This document shows, piece by piece, positions 10,037-20,025 of a DNA stretch of 64,000 bases. The notes under the pieces were generated by a model. It was not told where the DNA came from, made no database searches, and worked only from the letters and a program-made list of their open reading frames with translations. A program made the translations under genes and the position numbers. The DNA is from an uncultured Chlamydiales bacterium (GTDB taxonomy: Bacteria; Chlamydiota; Chlamydiia; Chlamydiales; Rhabdochlamydiaceae). Positions within the stretch are counted from its first letter, which is position 1; the number at the start of each line of letters is the position of its first letter. The DNA lies in contig CAVPVU010000002.1 of NCBI GenBank assembly GCA_963709365.1, positions 319,594 to 383,593 on the forward strand, in the 5' to 3' direction.

Positions 10037-10171
10037 TGAATGAGCTGGGGTTTAGGTTATGTTGGCCTGATGTTAGTGAAAGTCTAGAAGTTTTTCCACT
10101 AAAAAACCGACAATGACGATCTTTGTCGTTTTGTTTTTTAAACGATATTTTTCTTGTTTAGGTCCTCCATA

Positions 10172-10575
10172 GACATGTCGGGGATAAGCCACTGCGTGTG
10201 CTAATCCCTCCGCACCCGGTTCGTGCCCAAGGGCACTTCACCTGTTTCGCAATCGAAGGTCCACTGGACCTTCTCATGTCTTCAACAGCCCCATTGAGCT
10301 TCAAAGTGTTTATTCTTTTCTTCTGAATCATAGCTGAAGCTCTGCGAGGCGACGCGAGGAGGGACCCGCACCGCCAGGTGCGGGAAGTGAGCGCTCGAGC
10401 AGCCGATCGGCTCAGATCGCAAAGCAAAATCGCTCTCACAGGAGAGCCCGAAAGGGCGCGGGAGGTTGTGTAGCACACACCTCCCCGACGAGGACGCGAT
10501 TTGGCAAAGCGAGGTGAGACGCAAGGGGGGTCGCAGGGGCCGCGCACACGTAAGTGGCGTGGAACCCGACATGTA
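10172..10575. ncRNA. GC-rich ~400-nt structured non-coding region, candidate large structured RNA (RNase P RNA is one candidate); strand and identity not resolved
   Basis: No credible ORF: the two listed minus-strand ORFs are Arg/Pro-rich artefacts. The ends are complementary (GACATGTCGGGG ... CCCGACATGT). Many internal hairpins are present, for example GAAGGTCCACTGGACCTTC. GC content is well above that of the flanks. The length fits bacterial rnpB. GGCTTATC sits directly before the terminal pairing on the minus strand. The P4/CR-I motif could not be found convincingly on either strand. Confidence 0.3.
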
Positions 10576-10610
10576 TATTGAGGCTACCTTCAAGGATCTA
10601 AAAGACAAAT

Positions 10611-11606
10611 TTATGTTCTTTCAAGCTCGGATCGAATCTTTTCTAGGAAGCCATGTTCGACTAGGCTCATGGAGCTCTTGATGCTGTTGATCATGGATTC
10701 TGGGGAGGCGGCACCGTGGCATTTGACGATGATGCCTTCCACGCCACATAGGATGGCCCCAGGATATTCCGCGTAATGCAGGCGCTGACGCAGGCCAGCC
10801 AAAACCATCTTTTGGGATAGAGAGGAGGGCTCCAAGCCATTATCTTCGAGGAGTTCGAGGATAAAGGTAGCGAGTCCCTCAGCAGTTTTTAAAAAAATAT
10901 TTCCGGAAAATCCATCGGTGACTAGCACGTCGATCTCGCCTTTAAAAACGTCGCGCGCCTCGATGTTTCCAGCAAAAGTCGCTGAACCCTCTTTTTTGCA
11001 AAGCTCTTGCAGTCGTTGATAGGCTTCGCGCAATTCGGCCGTGCCTTTGATCGGTTCCGTACCGATATTAAGAAGGCCGACGCTGGGCTTTTCGATGCCG
11101 CGGCTTTTTTGATAGGCGATGCCCATCAGAGCGAATTGCAAGAGATGTTCAGGCTTGCAACTGATATTCGCGCCGACATCGATGATGGCAATCTCCTTAT
11201 TGCGCGTGGGAAGAAGCGTCAGGAGGCCCGGCCTGTCGATGCCAGGGAGGAGGGAAAGGGTCATTTGACTCGAAGCGAGCAGCGCGCCTGTATTTCCCGC
11301 CGAGATAAAAATGTCAATTTCTTCCTTCTGCATCAGGCGCACGCCTTGCATGATCGAGGAATTTTTCTTCTTACGCACGGCGACAAGCGGATCCTCGTCC
11401 ATACCGATCACTTCTGCGTTAGTTAGAGCAGAGATGCCTTGTGGGATTTTATCAACCAGGTTAGGCGGAATAAAAAGAGTAAAAAGAACCTTACCTTTTA
11501 ATTCTTCATGCAGAGCTAAAAGAGGCGGCAGGAGCTTTTCTGGCGACGTATCGCTTCCCAGTAGATCGATTGCGATACGAGGCGGAGGACTACTTGGTCT
11601 TCTCAT
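10611..11606 (-). CDS. plsX: Phosphate acyltransferase PlsX
   Basis: Full-length PlsX similarity, in the conserved yceD-rpmF-plsX arrangement. Confidence 0.85.
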   Translation of the reverse strand: MRRPSSPPPRIAIDLLGSDTSPEKLLPPLLALHEELKGKVLFTLFIPPNLVDKIPQGISALTNAEVIGMDEDPLVAVRKKKNSSIMQGVRLMQKEEIDIFISAGNTGALLASSQMTLSLLPGIDRPGLLTLLPTRNKEIAIIDVGANISCKPEHLLQFALMGIAYQKSRGIEKPSVGLLNIGTEPIKGTAELREAYQRLQELCKKEGSATFAGNIEARDVFKGEIDVLVTDGFSGNIFLKTAEGLATFILELLEDNGLEPSSLSQKMVLAGLRQRLHYAEYPGAILCGVEGIIVKCHGAASPESMINSIKSSMSLVEHGFLEKIRSELERT

Positions 11607-11772
11607 TGATCACTACTCGTCCATCATAGAATCCGCAATGTGGGCAAATTTTATGGGACAGGGTAGGCTGCTTGCAGTTAGAGCATGCCGAGACGTTTAA
11701 GGGGCTCTTTGCATGGTGAGAGCGGCGAGAATTTTTCCGCGCATTAGAAGTGCGGTTACGTGGTACTGCCAT
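11590..11772 (-). CDS. rpmF: 50S ribosomal protein L32
   Basis: MAVPRNRTSNARKNSRRSHHA ... CSNCKQPTLSHKICPHCGFY is the classic L32 sequence. Confidence 0.85.
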   Translation of the reverse strand: MAVPRNRTSNARKNSRRSHHAKSPLNVSACSNCKQPTLSHKICPHCGFYDGRVVINEKTK

Positions 11773-11840
11773 GATGAATCTCCAATATTTCTATCAAACT
11801 AGCGACTATAATAGATCTATTGTGCTTTTTGTTTCCACAA

Positions 11841-12371
11841 TTATTCTTTATCAAGATCGGCAAAGGGAAAATAAACAGAATCCGAAGGTTTATGTAAAAA
11901 TTTATTTACATTCTTGCGTTCGGGGCAGCTGTTTTTTTGACATTCGATGAAGAGCGGAACTTGTAACAGAATAGCCTCGCGTAAAAGTTGCCCACAATCG
12001 TAAAGCGCAGATTTGATCTCTTTGAGTTCTTCGGTATGGGTAAAATCCTTTACCTGAAGAAGAAATTCGGTGGACTTGTTGCAGATCTGACAGGGCATGC
12101 TGGCAAAAGTTTCGACTTTTAGATTGATGACGAGATGATCTTCAGCTAGATAAGCCTCGCCATGGATACGGACCTCTTTGGCAAAGACGAGGTCCTCTTC
12201 ATCGATCTCAAGAAATGTTGGCGGTAGTGTTTCATCGACAGCCTCGACCTGGCCGTCTTTAAGGCGGTCGACATAAATAATCATAAGGTTGATCTCAATA
12301 AGTTCGCGGCTTCTTTTAGAGACTCCTTTTCTCCAAGCGAAGTAGCGATGGTTTGGCATTTCTGTTTGCAC
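11841..12371 (-). CDS. yceD: YceD/DUF177 family protein (large-subunit rRNA accumulation protein)
   Basis: Conserved position upstream of rpmF. Cys pairs CQICNK...CPER match the DUF177 metal motif. The true start may be an internal Met. Confidence 0.65.
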   Translation of the reverse strand: MQTEMPNHRYFAWRKGVSKRSRELIEINLMIIYVDRLKDGQVEAVDETLPPTFLEIDEEDLVFAKEVRIHGEAYLAEDHLVINLKVETFASMPCQICNKSTEFLLQVKDFTHTEELKEIKSALYDCGQLLREAILLQVPLFIECQKNSCPERKNVNKFLHKPSDSVYFPFADLDKE

Positions 12372-13429
12372 GCATCTCGAATTTTGGAGTCCTTTAGGAA
12401 GATGCTGACATGCGAATAGAGGCTCTCTTCTGTGAAATTGGGGCCGAAGAGTTCAGGGAAGACGGCCTCCTCTTTGATAATGTTCACTAAACAGTAAAAA
12501 GGCAGACGGATGCGCAAGATCCATCTTACGATAATCAGATCGAGCGGCGAAATCGCATATGTGACCACAGTTGGCACTCCATGCAAAGCGAGCTCTAGCG
12601 TGACCGTCCCAGATTTGGCAATGGCCAGTTCAGATGCGCGCATGAGAGCATAGGTGTCTTCAGGCTCAATCAGTGCTACTTCTTTCTCCAAACTTAAGCC
12701 CTCTTTTTCAATGATCTCTTTCAAAAGAGGTGTGAAGGTAGCATGGGAGATGGAGATGCCGAAAAAGAGCGTTGGATCTTCGGCGATGAGCTTTTTCACA
12801 ACGCGCAAATAAATGGGGAAGTTGCGTTCGATCTCTTTGCGGCGGCTGCCTGGGAAAATACTGATCAGCCGACGTCCATCGAATATGAGCTCTTTGCGCG
12901 GAAGGTGATTTTTGATGCGCTCTGCTAGGGGATGACCCACGTATTTTACTTGCAGAGGTGTGTGGGTAAAATAGCGCGCTTCAAAAGGCAGAGTTGCAAG
13001 CAGAAGATCGAGATTTTTGGCCATAATCGGAATGCGTCCTTTTCCCCAGGCCCACACTGAAGGACAGACGAAGTGGCACAGCTTACCTTTAAAGCCTTTC
13101 TTGCGCAGGCTGCGTGCCATGCGCAGATTGAAACCAGGATAATCGATGAAAAGTACGATCTTGGGGTTCATTTTCAAGATCGTAGCGCGGATAGTAAAGA
13201 ACTGCTTTATGAGTTTGGGAAGAGCCAGAAAGACATCGACAAACCCCATGACGCGAAAATCTTCCATCTTGGCAACACAAGAAAATCCCTCGCTGCGCAT
13301 TTTAGGGCCGCCGACGCCAGTGATATTTAAGCTAGCGCCGCTGTCGCGAAGAGCTTTGAGCAGCTCTGCTCCGAGTAGATCGGCACTGGCTTCACCTGCA
13401 AAAATAAAAAGATCAGCCATCGGACTCAT
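12281..13429 (-). CDS. lpxB: Lipid-A-disaccharide synthase
   Basis: FAGEASADLLGAELLKAL...GVGGPKM is the LpxB N-terminal motif. The start is placed at the internal Met (MSPMADLF) so the gene does not overlap pcnB by 100 nt. Confidence 0.75.
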   Translation of the reverse strand: MSPMADLFIFAGEASADLLGAELLKALRDSGASLNITGVGGPKMRSEGFSCVAKMEDFRVMGFVDVFLALPKLIKQFFTIRATILKMNPKIVLFIDYPGFNLRMARSLRKKGFKGKLCHFVCPSVWAWGKGRIPIMAKNLDLLLATLPFEARYFTHTPLQVKYVGHPLAERIKNHLPRKELIFDGRRLISIFPGSRRKEIERNFPIYLRVVKKLIAEDPTLFFGISISHATFTPLLKEIIEKEGLSLEKEVALIEPEDTYALMRASELAIAKSGTVTLELALHGVPTVVTYAISPLDLIIVRWILRIRLPFYCLVNIIKEEAVFPELFGPNFTEESLYSHVSIFLKDSKIRDACKQKCQTIATSLGEKESLKEAANLLRSTL

Positions 13430-14684
13430 GATGCTCTCTGGCTTCTCTAGAAGGACCCGATCTCGATCTTCTCCTTCTGCGCTTTTTGGGGCGCGCTTCG
13501 CTTGGAGATGCACTCATAGCGTGAGACCACTCTTCGATAACTTTTTGCAGACCGGGCTCTAAGGCCGCGCGCACCTGCAGAAACTTTAGAGCGAGTGGAA
13601 AATCGGGGTCATGAGGGATGCGCAGGTGGCGCCCGCGCCTTTTTTCGAGGGGAGTAAGACGAAACTGCGAAGTTAAAACTGAAGCGATGCCAATTCTAAG
13701 GCGGCGTGAAAGCAAGAAGAAGGTGCGGAAGACCTCATCGACCAGGTCGGTCGCCTCTTGATGAATTTCACCCAAGTGAGGGTGTTTGCCGCGTTCTTCA
13801 TAGCGTGTGAGAATCCGGCGATGAAAAAGGGGCCAGAGCAGGCAGCTGACGAGCACTGGTCTTTCGAGGGTCTCAGCAGGCGGTTCATGAAAGGTGACAT
13901 CCACCTCTTTCAAAAAGGCGTAGATCTCTTGGCCATCGTCCGTCTCTAAAAATTCGGCCAGCGCAGGCAGCATGAGCTGTAGTAGGCCATGTTCAGTCAT
14001 CAAACGAAAGAAAGAGCAGGCAGAGCCGAGTTCGAGCATGCGGAGGAGTTCTTCGAGTACGCGTGCGGATGAACTTTTCAAGATCTCGTGGCGGCATTCG
14101 AGCAGTGCAATGCGCGCATCGGGATCGACATCGAGACCAAAACGCGCCTGAAATTTCAGCAGGCGGATCATGCGCACAGGATCTTGCTTAAAACGCACAA
14201 AAGGCTGCCCGATCGATCGGAGATATTTGCGTTGAGTGTCTGGATAGCCGCCCACGTAGTCGATGATGGTTTGCGAAGCTGGCTCGTAGAAGAGTCCGTT
14301 GATGGTAAAATCCCGACGCATTACATCTTCTTCAGGTGTTCCCCACTCGTTATCGCGGATGACGAGATCGGTGCTTTCCAGATCACCTGAGCGAAAAGTG
14401 GCAACCTCGATCACCTTTTTCCCAAAACGGATATGCGCAAGGCGAAAACGGCGGCCGATCAGGATGCAGTTTCTAAAGAGACGTTTGATCTCTTCAGGTT
14501 CAGCCGAAGTGGAGATATCGAAGTCTTTGGGCTTTTTTTTCAGCAAAAGATCGCGCACGCTTCCGCCGACCAGATACGCAGTGTATCCAGCAGAGCGCAG
14601 CTTTTCCATTACATAAAGAGCTTCGCGATCGACTTGATCTAGTTGAATCCCATGCTCTTCGAGGGGATAAATTTTTTGTTGCAC
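13413..14684 (-). CDS. pcnB: Poly(A) polymerase / tRNA nucleotidyltransferase family (PcnB-like) with C-terminal Arg-rich tail
   Basis: YLVGGSVRDLLLKKKPKDFDISTS...IGRRFRLAHIRFG is the nucleotidyltransferase head domain. Basic C-terminus. Confidence 0.8.
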   Translation of the reverse strand: MQQKIYPLEEHGIQLDQVDREALYVMEKLRSAGYTAYLVGGSVRDLLLKKKPKDFDISTSAEPEEIKRLFRNCILIGRRFRLAHIRFGKKVIEVATFRSGDLESTDLVIRDNEWGTPEEDVMRRDFTINGLFYEPASQTIIDYVGGYPDTQRKYLRSIGQPFVRFKQDPVRMIRLLKFQARFGLDVDPDARIALLECRHEILKSSSARVLEELLRMLELGSACSFFRLMTEHGLLQLMLPALAEFLETDDGQEIYAFLKEVDVTFHEPPAETLERPVLVSCLLWPLFHRRILTRYEERGKHPHLGEIHQEATDLVDEVFRTFFLLSRRLRIGIASVLTSQFRLTPLEKRRGRHLRIPHDPDFPLALKFLQVRAALEPGLQKVIEEWSHAMSASPSEARPKKRRRRRSRSGPSREAREHHESDG

Positions 14685-14739
14685 TGTGCAATTTTGAAGG
14701 TTAAAAAAGACTAAAACTTAGGAGATTAGAGGGAAAAAG

Positions 14740-15219
14740 TCAAGGAAACCCCAAAGGGCAACAAAGCTCAAAGCCATTACTCTCTAAAAATTTTTCTCGC
14801 CAATAATAATGATCCAACAAACCCCTCACATCCCTGCCCATAACCGCATAAGCGATATAGAGCGCTTCCACTGATGCAAGACCCTTTGCCGGGTCCTTGC
14901 AATCATCTTGACGGCGAGGGTAGGCGGTGCGAAACCCGTTAGGGATACTCCGCTCCACGAGAGGGCATTGGAGCTGCTGGCGCATCCTTTCGGCATAACG
15001 CCAGGTGCCATCGAGGAGAAGCAGTCCAAAGGCGCTATCTTTTTCAGAAAGTGGTGAGCCATCCATGGTTAAAAGAATATAATTGGACAGATCGGGTAAC
15101 TTATCTGCAGGATAAGTGAAAAAAAGCAGATCTTCTCGTCCTTCTAGGCCGCGCAGACTGCACTTTTTTAGATTCTCGCGATGGTGGCGAAAAATAATGG
15201 TTGGTGGAAAATTAAACAT
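14740..15219 (-). CDS. DTW-domain protein (tRNA-uridine aminocarboxypropyltransferase-like)
   Basis: LLLLDGTWRYAERM contains the DTW motif. Size ~160 aa, as in TapT/TuaA. Confidence 0.65.
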   Translation of the reverse strand: MFNFPPTIIFRHHRENLKKCSLRGLEGREDLLFFTYPADKLPDLSNYILLTMDGSPLSEKDSAFGLLLLDGTWRYAERMRQQLQCPLVERSIPNGFRTAYPRRQDDCKDPAKGLASVEALYIAYAVMGRDVRGLLDHYYWREKFLESNGFELCCPLGFP

Positions 15220-15273
15220 TTTTCTATACGAACTTGGTGTGGCGGTTCAAGATTTTAAAGGGCGTGACATATA

Positions 15274-16332
15274 ATGCATAGTTTTCTCCTCTGGTCGTTT
15301 TTAGTAATCTTTTCTTCGCTTTACGCCGACCCGAAAGGCAGCGAAGGCAAGACACTTCTCCTCCCGGTCGCCCCGCGCGAACAGATCGAACGTGCACTTA
15401 TGCAAAATCGCCGTTCAGCTTTATGGAGCGAAGATTTTTCCAAGGCGCTGAATGCTGCGCAAAAAAACGGCAGACCTCTACTCCTCGCTTTTATGGGGTC
15501 GGGCTGGTGCCCATGGACGGAAAAGCTGGACAGAGAGATCTTAAGTGAACCCGCCTTTCTCGATCTGGGCAAGAATCAGATGAACTTGGTCTGGTTAAAT
15601 TGTCCTTCGCAAAGAAGCGCGACATCACCTCAAGTGCAAGAGCTCAAAACGCGCTATGGTGTGGACGAGCTTCCTACTCTGGTGGTGATCAGCCCTTCAC
15701 AAGAAGAGATGTTCCGTTTGGGTTATCTGCCCTTAACTCCAGGAGAGTTTGCCGCGCATCTGGAGACGATGATCGCAGATTATCGGCAGATCCAAGCTAA
15801 AATCGACGGTCAAGACCTTTCCAATTTGCCTCTCGATGAATTGGAAACGCTATATGTTAAAGCGCGCGAGCTAAACAATAGCCGGTATTTGAATAATCTG
15901 ATGCAGCAGGGGCTCAGCAAAGATATAGGCACCTTCTTCCTTTTAGAAAAATATACTGAGCTTTTAAAAAATGGAAATAAGCCCGAAGCAGAACTCCTTC
16001 GCGAGAAGATCATCGAACGCGATCCGAAGAATTTAAAAGGATCACAACTGCGCCTGGCCATTCTCGATTTTCAAACGAAAGCCCAAAATCTCAAGAAAAA
16101 AGCCAATCCGCGCACAGCAGTGAAGCCTCTACTTGAATATCTGCAGAAATTTGGCGCCAAGGACAAAGAGAATGTGTGGAAGGTGGAGATGATGATGGCT
16201 AAATTTCTCTTCACCAAAAACGAAGTCAAAGAGGCTCTGCAGCATGCCAACGCCTCTTACAACAGCGCGCCAGAGATAAATAAGGCTGAAATCGCTGAGA
16301 CCATCGACTACCTCAAGACTTATCTCAAGTGA
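15274..16332 (+). CDS. Secreted thioredoxin-fold protein (single-Cys WCPW motif) with helical C-terminal domain
   Basis: Signal peptide MHSFLLWSFLVIFSSLYA. LLLAFMGSGWCPWTEKLDREIL is thioredoxin-like but lacks a CxxC motif. Confidence 0.5.
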   Translation: MHSFLLWSFLVIFSSLYADPKGSEGKTLLLPVAPREQIERALMQNRRSALWSEDFSKALNAAQKNGRPLLLAFMGSGWCPWTEKLDREILSEPAFLDLGKNQMNLVWLNCPSQRSATSPQVQELKTRYGVDELPTLVVISPSQEEMFRLGYLPLTPGEFAAHLETMIADYRQIQAKIDGQDLSNLPLDELETLYVKARELNNSRYLNNLMQQGLSKDIGTFFLLEKYTELLKNGNKPEAELLREKIIERDPKNLKGSQLRLAILDFQTKAQNLKKKANPRTAVKPLLEYLQKFGAKDKENVWKVEMMMAKFLFTKNEVKEALQHANASYNSAPEINKAEIAETIDYLKTYLK

Positions 16333-16491
16333 ACCTATTTCGAAATTCTAAACTTTCGCTTTTTGCGCCTTTTTTCACACCTTTTAATCCCGCTTCTTGG
16401 CCTACTTTCTCAAGTATGTCCTGCGAAGCGGAATTAAAATCTGTGAAAAAATTCATCAAAAATCAAATATTTAGAATTTCGAGATAGGTTC

Positions 16492-17262
16492 ATGACACGC
16501 GGTATCCTCATTGCGGCCGATGCGAAGCAAGAGTGGCTGCTTCCCTGGTGGTGGTCTAATTACGCCCAAGAAAACTCCTTGCCCGTTGCTGTTGTCGATT
16601 TAGGGATGAGCAGGGAGGCACGCGCCTGGTGCAGCGAGCGTTGCATTCTAATTTCAACAGATCGCAATGTGCGTTTTATCAAGCACAAAGAAGAGCTTGA
16701 GCAAAGTACAATCCAAAAGTGGGAAGAGATCTATGGAAAGACAGTCTGGCAAGCCAGAGAAGCCTGGTTTCAGAAGCCTTCTGCCTGTCTTTGTTCACCG
16801 TTTGAGTTAACGCTCTGGCTCGATCTCGATTGCGAAATACTCGGGCCGCTCGATGCGCTATTCGCGATGCTGCCAGAACAGGCTGAGCTGGGTCTGGTCC
16901 GTGAGCCGCTCATCCGCCAGGGCGATCCCGCGCTTATGTTTGGCGAAGTGCTCTATAACTCTGGTGTGCTGCTCTTTCGTCGAAACGCTTCCTTTTTACA
17001 AAGATGGGCAGAAGAGTCGCGCTTAAAGAATGGACAGTTTTGGGGAGATCAGCAGATTCTCTCCAGACTCATCTTCAGCGAAAACATCCCTGTGCACGAG
17101 CTTCCAGAGATCTACAACCTACAGCCTTCTTCAGGCATTAATCTAGAGGCGCGCATTATTCACTGGGTCGGTAGCTGGGGCAAAGAATTTATTAAAAAGC
17201 ATGGCGGCCTTAAAGCCGATCTTTTGCACTTATTTCTTAGTTTGGATTTTTCCAAGAGCTAA
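16492..17262 (+). CDS. Hypothetical GT-A-like nucleotide-diphospho-sugar transferase (DxD); paralogue of 54510-55136
   Basis: WLDLDCEILGPLDALF and FWGDQQILSRLI resemble WVDADAVF and FWDQAGLRDVLL in the second copy. Confidence 0.4.
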   Translation: MTRGILIAADAKQEWLLPWWWSNYAQENSLPVAVVDLGMSREARAWCSERCILISTDRNVRFIKHKEELEQSTIQKWEEIYGKTVWQAREAWFQKPSACLCSPFELTLWLDLDCEILGPLDALFAMLPEQAELGLVREPLIRQGDPALMFGEVLYNSGVLLFRRNASFLQRWAEESRLKNGQFWGDQQILSRLIFSENIPVHELPEIYNLQPSSGINLEARIIHWVGSWGKEFIKKHGGLKADLLHLFLSLDFSKS

Positions 17263-19246
17263 TCTTCAGAAGCTCGGTTGGAATCTCCCCCAAAAATCTC
17301 GAAGGATTACTATTCATCTCCTTGCCCATGCGCTTGCGGCTGCGGGCCATGCTGAGCGTGAGATGTTTTTTAGCGCGCGTCATGGCCACGTAGAGTAGGC
17401 GACGCTCCTCTTCTATGCCGCGCGCGCCAGTGCACTTTTCATGCGGAAGCAGATGATCTTCGAGACCGACTAAGAAACAGACCTCAAACTCCAAGCCTTT
17501 GGCGCCGTGAAAGGTCATGAGATTCACGCGATTTTCTTTGAACTCCTTTTCACGCTTTTCATGTCTCTCGCCATTTAGCAAAGTGTGTGTGAGAAAATGG
17601 TGCAGGGAGATCTCTTTTTCGAGGCCTTGCGTTTGCATCTCCTCTTCATAATTTTTCAGCTCATCCATGCAATAGAGGACGTTCTCCCATTTAAACTCGC
17701 GCATCTTTTCGCTTTTTACTTCTTCTGAGATCGCCTTTTTATAATTGATCTCCTCGATCAGACATTGTAGTGCCGACGAGAGCGGCATCGTTGCGAAATT
17801 GGACTGGGCGGTCTCGATGATTTTTACAAAGAGAGCAAGTCCCTTTTTAGCGCGCTCTGAAAGCTGGCCTGCAAGGTCGGGATAGCGTTCTAATTCCTGA
17901 ATTAGTTTCCACAGGGAGATGTTCTCTTTGCGGTTTTTTTGCGTGAGTAGGTCGAGAGTCTGTTCTGCGATGCCGCGCCTCGGCACATTGATAATGCGCA
18001 AGAGCGCTTCTTGGTCTTGCGGATTGAGAATCACGCGCAGATAGGCGAGGAGATCTTTGATCTCGCTCCTCTCGTAAAATTCCGTGCCGCCAAAAACATG
18101 GTAGGGAATACCGCGCACCCACTGGCTATCTCTTTGCCATGCGCCTTGCATCAGAGCAACTTCGAGAGGGCGCACGAGCGTGTTGGAGCGGTAGAGGATG
18201 GCCATATCTCTCCAAGCGATACCCATATGGCGATTTAGCCAGACGAGTCGTTCGACGATGCTTTGCGCCTCTTCTACTTCAGTCGGTGCATGGAAAAGCG
18301 TGATCGGATCGCCTAGATCTTTGTTGCTCCACAGCTCTTTGCCTAGCCGCTCTTTGTTGCGTGCAATCACCGCATGTGCTGCCTTTAAGATCGTCGGTGT
18401 CGAGCGATAGTTCTGCTCGAGCTTGATCACAGTTTTGGATATGAACTCTAAAATGTTTTTCACTTCTGCGCCGCGCCAGCCATAGATCGATTGATCATCG
18501 TCGCCGACCACACAGAGATTCTCATGGCCTCGCGCTAAAAGCTCTGCCATACGGTATTGAACAGGATTGGTGTCTTGATACTCATCGATCAAAATATACT
18601 GGTAACGCTGCTGGAAGCGCTGCAAGACTTGAGGGAACTCTTCAAATAGCTGCACGGTGAGAGCCAGCAAGCTGTCAAAGTCTACGGCGTTATATGCGCG
18701 CATGCTGACCTGCAACCTCTCGAAAAGCTTTTTGGTGAAGGGATCGGCTGAAAAGTCTTGCGCAGACGCGCTGCGGTTTTTGGCTAGGCTGATCTTTTCC
18801 ATGGTGCCGTCTAAACCGGGGAGTTCACCCTCGTGTTCTAGTTCTGCACGCACCACCTGTTTAAGCAGCCGGCGCACATCTTGTTCGTCATAAAGACTAA
18901 AATCTTTGGTGTAACCTAGATGGTGTATCTCTTGACGCAGGACTTGCGCGCAAAAGCTATGAAATGTGCTTAAAGTGACCTCTTTAGCTATCTTCTGTCC
19001 TACAATGCTCGCGACGCGCTCCTTCATCTCTTGAGCCGCCTTGTTGGTGAACGTAAGACCTAAGATATTTTTAGGAGGGACCTGTTTGCCTTGGATTAGA
19101 TAGGCGATGCGCCAGGCCAGCACACTGGTTTTGCCGCTTCCCGCGCCGGCGAGGATTAAAACACGACCCTCCGTGGTGCGCACGGCCCTTTGCTGCTCAG
19201 GGTTGAGTTGAGAAAGACCTTTCTCCAGAAGCGAGCTGTCTGACAT
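17237..19246 (-). CDS. uvrD: ATP-dependent DNA helicase UvrD/PcrA/Rep family
   Basis: Walker A ILAGAGSGKTSVL, UvrD motifs (TFHSFC, DEYQDTN), 669 aa. Confidence 0.85.
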   Translation of the reverse strand: MSDSSLLEKGLSQLNPEQQRAVRTTEGRVLILAGAGSGKTSVLAWRIAYLIQGKQVPPKNILGLTFTNKAAQEMKERVASIVGQKIAKEVTLSTFHSFCAQVLRQEIHHLGYTKDFSLYDEQDVRRLLKQVVRAELEHEGELPGLDGTMEKISLAKNRSASAQDFSADPFTKKLFERLQVSMRAYNAVDFDSLLALTVQLFEEFPQVLQRFQQRYQYILIDEYQDTNPVQYRMAELLARGHENLCVVGDDDQSIYGWRGAEVKNILEFISKTVIKLEQNYRSTPTILKAAHAVIARNKERLGKELWSNKDLGDPITLFHAPTEVEEAQSIVERLVWLNRHMGIAWRDMAILYRSNTLVRPLEVALMQGAWQRDSQWVRGIPYHVFGGTEFYERSEIKDLLAYLRVILNPQDQEALLRIINVPRRGIAEQTLDLLTQKNRKENISLWKLIQELERYPDLAGQLSERAKKGLALFVKIIETAQSNFATMPLSSALQCLIEEINYKKAISEEVKSEKMREFKWENVLYCMDELKNYEEEMQTQGLEKEISLHHFLTHTLLNGERHEKREKEFKENRVNLMTFHGAKGLEFEVCFLVGLEDHLLPHEKCTGARGIEEERRLLYVAMTRAKKHLTLSMARSRKRMGKEMNSNPSRFLGEIPTELLKISSWKNPN

Positions 19247-19250
19247 AAAT

Positions 19251-19679
19251 TTATTTTTTAAGCTTGCCAGCCAGTCGCGCCAGGTCAGCCTGCACGCCTG
19301 CTTTGGTGACTTTATCGAGCGCGAGGCGCGGGGAGACGTTAATTTCTAAATTAGGCGGCAAAATGGCGTAAGAGTGGCGAAAAGCCTCACGTACCAAACG
19401 CTTAAAAGTGTTGCGCTGGATAGCCTTTCCGTGACGTTTGGAGACGGTAATGCCGAGTTTTGGGCAGGAGGCAGCGCCCAGACGAAGATCAACGCCTACC
19501 ATGTCTCCGAAAAACTTTCGTCCTTCTTGGAAGACTTTTTGGTAGTCGCGTCGCTTGCGAATTCTGACCAGTTTTGGAAACGTAAAGCCTAGTAAGTTAG
19601 GCTCTTGCGTCCTTGGCGGCGACGGCGATTGACGATCTTTCGACCGTTTGCCGTTTTCATTCTTTTGCGAAATCCGCAT
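19251..19679 (-). CDS. rnpA: Ribonuclease P protein component
   Basis: [12 protein letters not shown]...[26 protein letters not shown] matches RnpA. The annotated ATG would overlap rpmH by ~90 nt, so the true start is uncertain. Confidence 0.7.
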   Translation of the reverse strand: MRISQKNENGKRSKDRQSPSPPRTQEPNLLGFTFPKLVRIRKRRDYQKVFQEGRKFFGDMVGVDLRLGAASCPKLGITVSKRHGKAIQRNTFKRLVREAFRHSYAILPPNLEINVSPRLALDKVTKAGVQADLARLAGKLKK

Positions 19680-19723
19680 GTTCTCTGGCGCTTAAGTTTG
19701 CTAGGTTGATATGTGCGCTTCAT
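19589..19723 (-). CDS. rpmH: 50S ribosomal protein L34
   Basis: [44 protein letters not shown]. The start is set at the internal Met of the listed ORF. Confidence 0.85.
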   Translation of the reverse strand: MKRTYQPSKLKRQRTCGFRKRMKTANGRKIVNRRRRQGRKSLTY

Positions 19724-19875
19724 CGTATTTCCTAAAATACCTTGATTTTGGAATAAACTATCGTCAAACGCACAAAAAAGAGCAAGTCCCAATTGTGGAG
19801 CCTTTGATCTTGAAGAAAATCGTAAGCAGGAGCTATAAAAGGAGGCTAAGAATTTTTACTTAAGGATTTTCGATT

Positions 19876-20013
19876 ATGAAAGTTAAAGCCTCAGTCAAGG
19901 CCGATCCTTCGAAAGGAGACAAGATCGTGCGGCGGCGTGGACGCATTTATGTGATCAATAAGAATGACCCTAACCGCAAACAGCGGCAGAAAGGTCCAGC
20001 TCGTAAAAAATAA
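19876..20013 (+). CDS. rpmJ: 50S ribosomal protein L36, cysteine-less (zinc-independent) form
   Basis: 45-aa ORF, not in the ORF track because it is under 60 aa. Translation: [45 protein letters not shown]. An AGGAGG-like RBS sits upstream. Confidence 0.8.
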   Translation: MKVKASVKADPSKGDKIVRRRGRIYVINKNDPNRKQRQKGPARKK

Positions 20014-20025
20014 CAATAAAGGTTT

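Noticed and set aside
10158-10608. Minus-strand ORFs 10158-10547 and 10282-10608 (Arg/Pro/Ser-rich)
   Set aside because: Low-complexity translations of a GC-rich, hairpin-dense region. They overlap each other and are better explained as a structured RNA locus.
19251-19723. ~90-nt overlap of rnpA with rpmH read as a programmed frameshift or fusion
   Set aside because: The two are in different frames and have separate conserved N-termini. The most likely explanation is that rnpA uses a downstream or non-canonical start that cannot be fixed from sequence alone.
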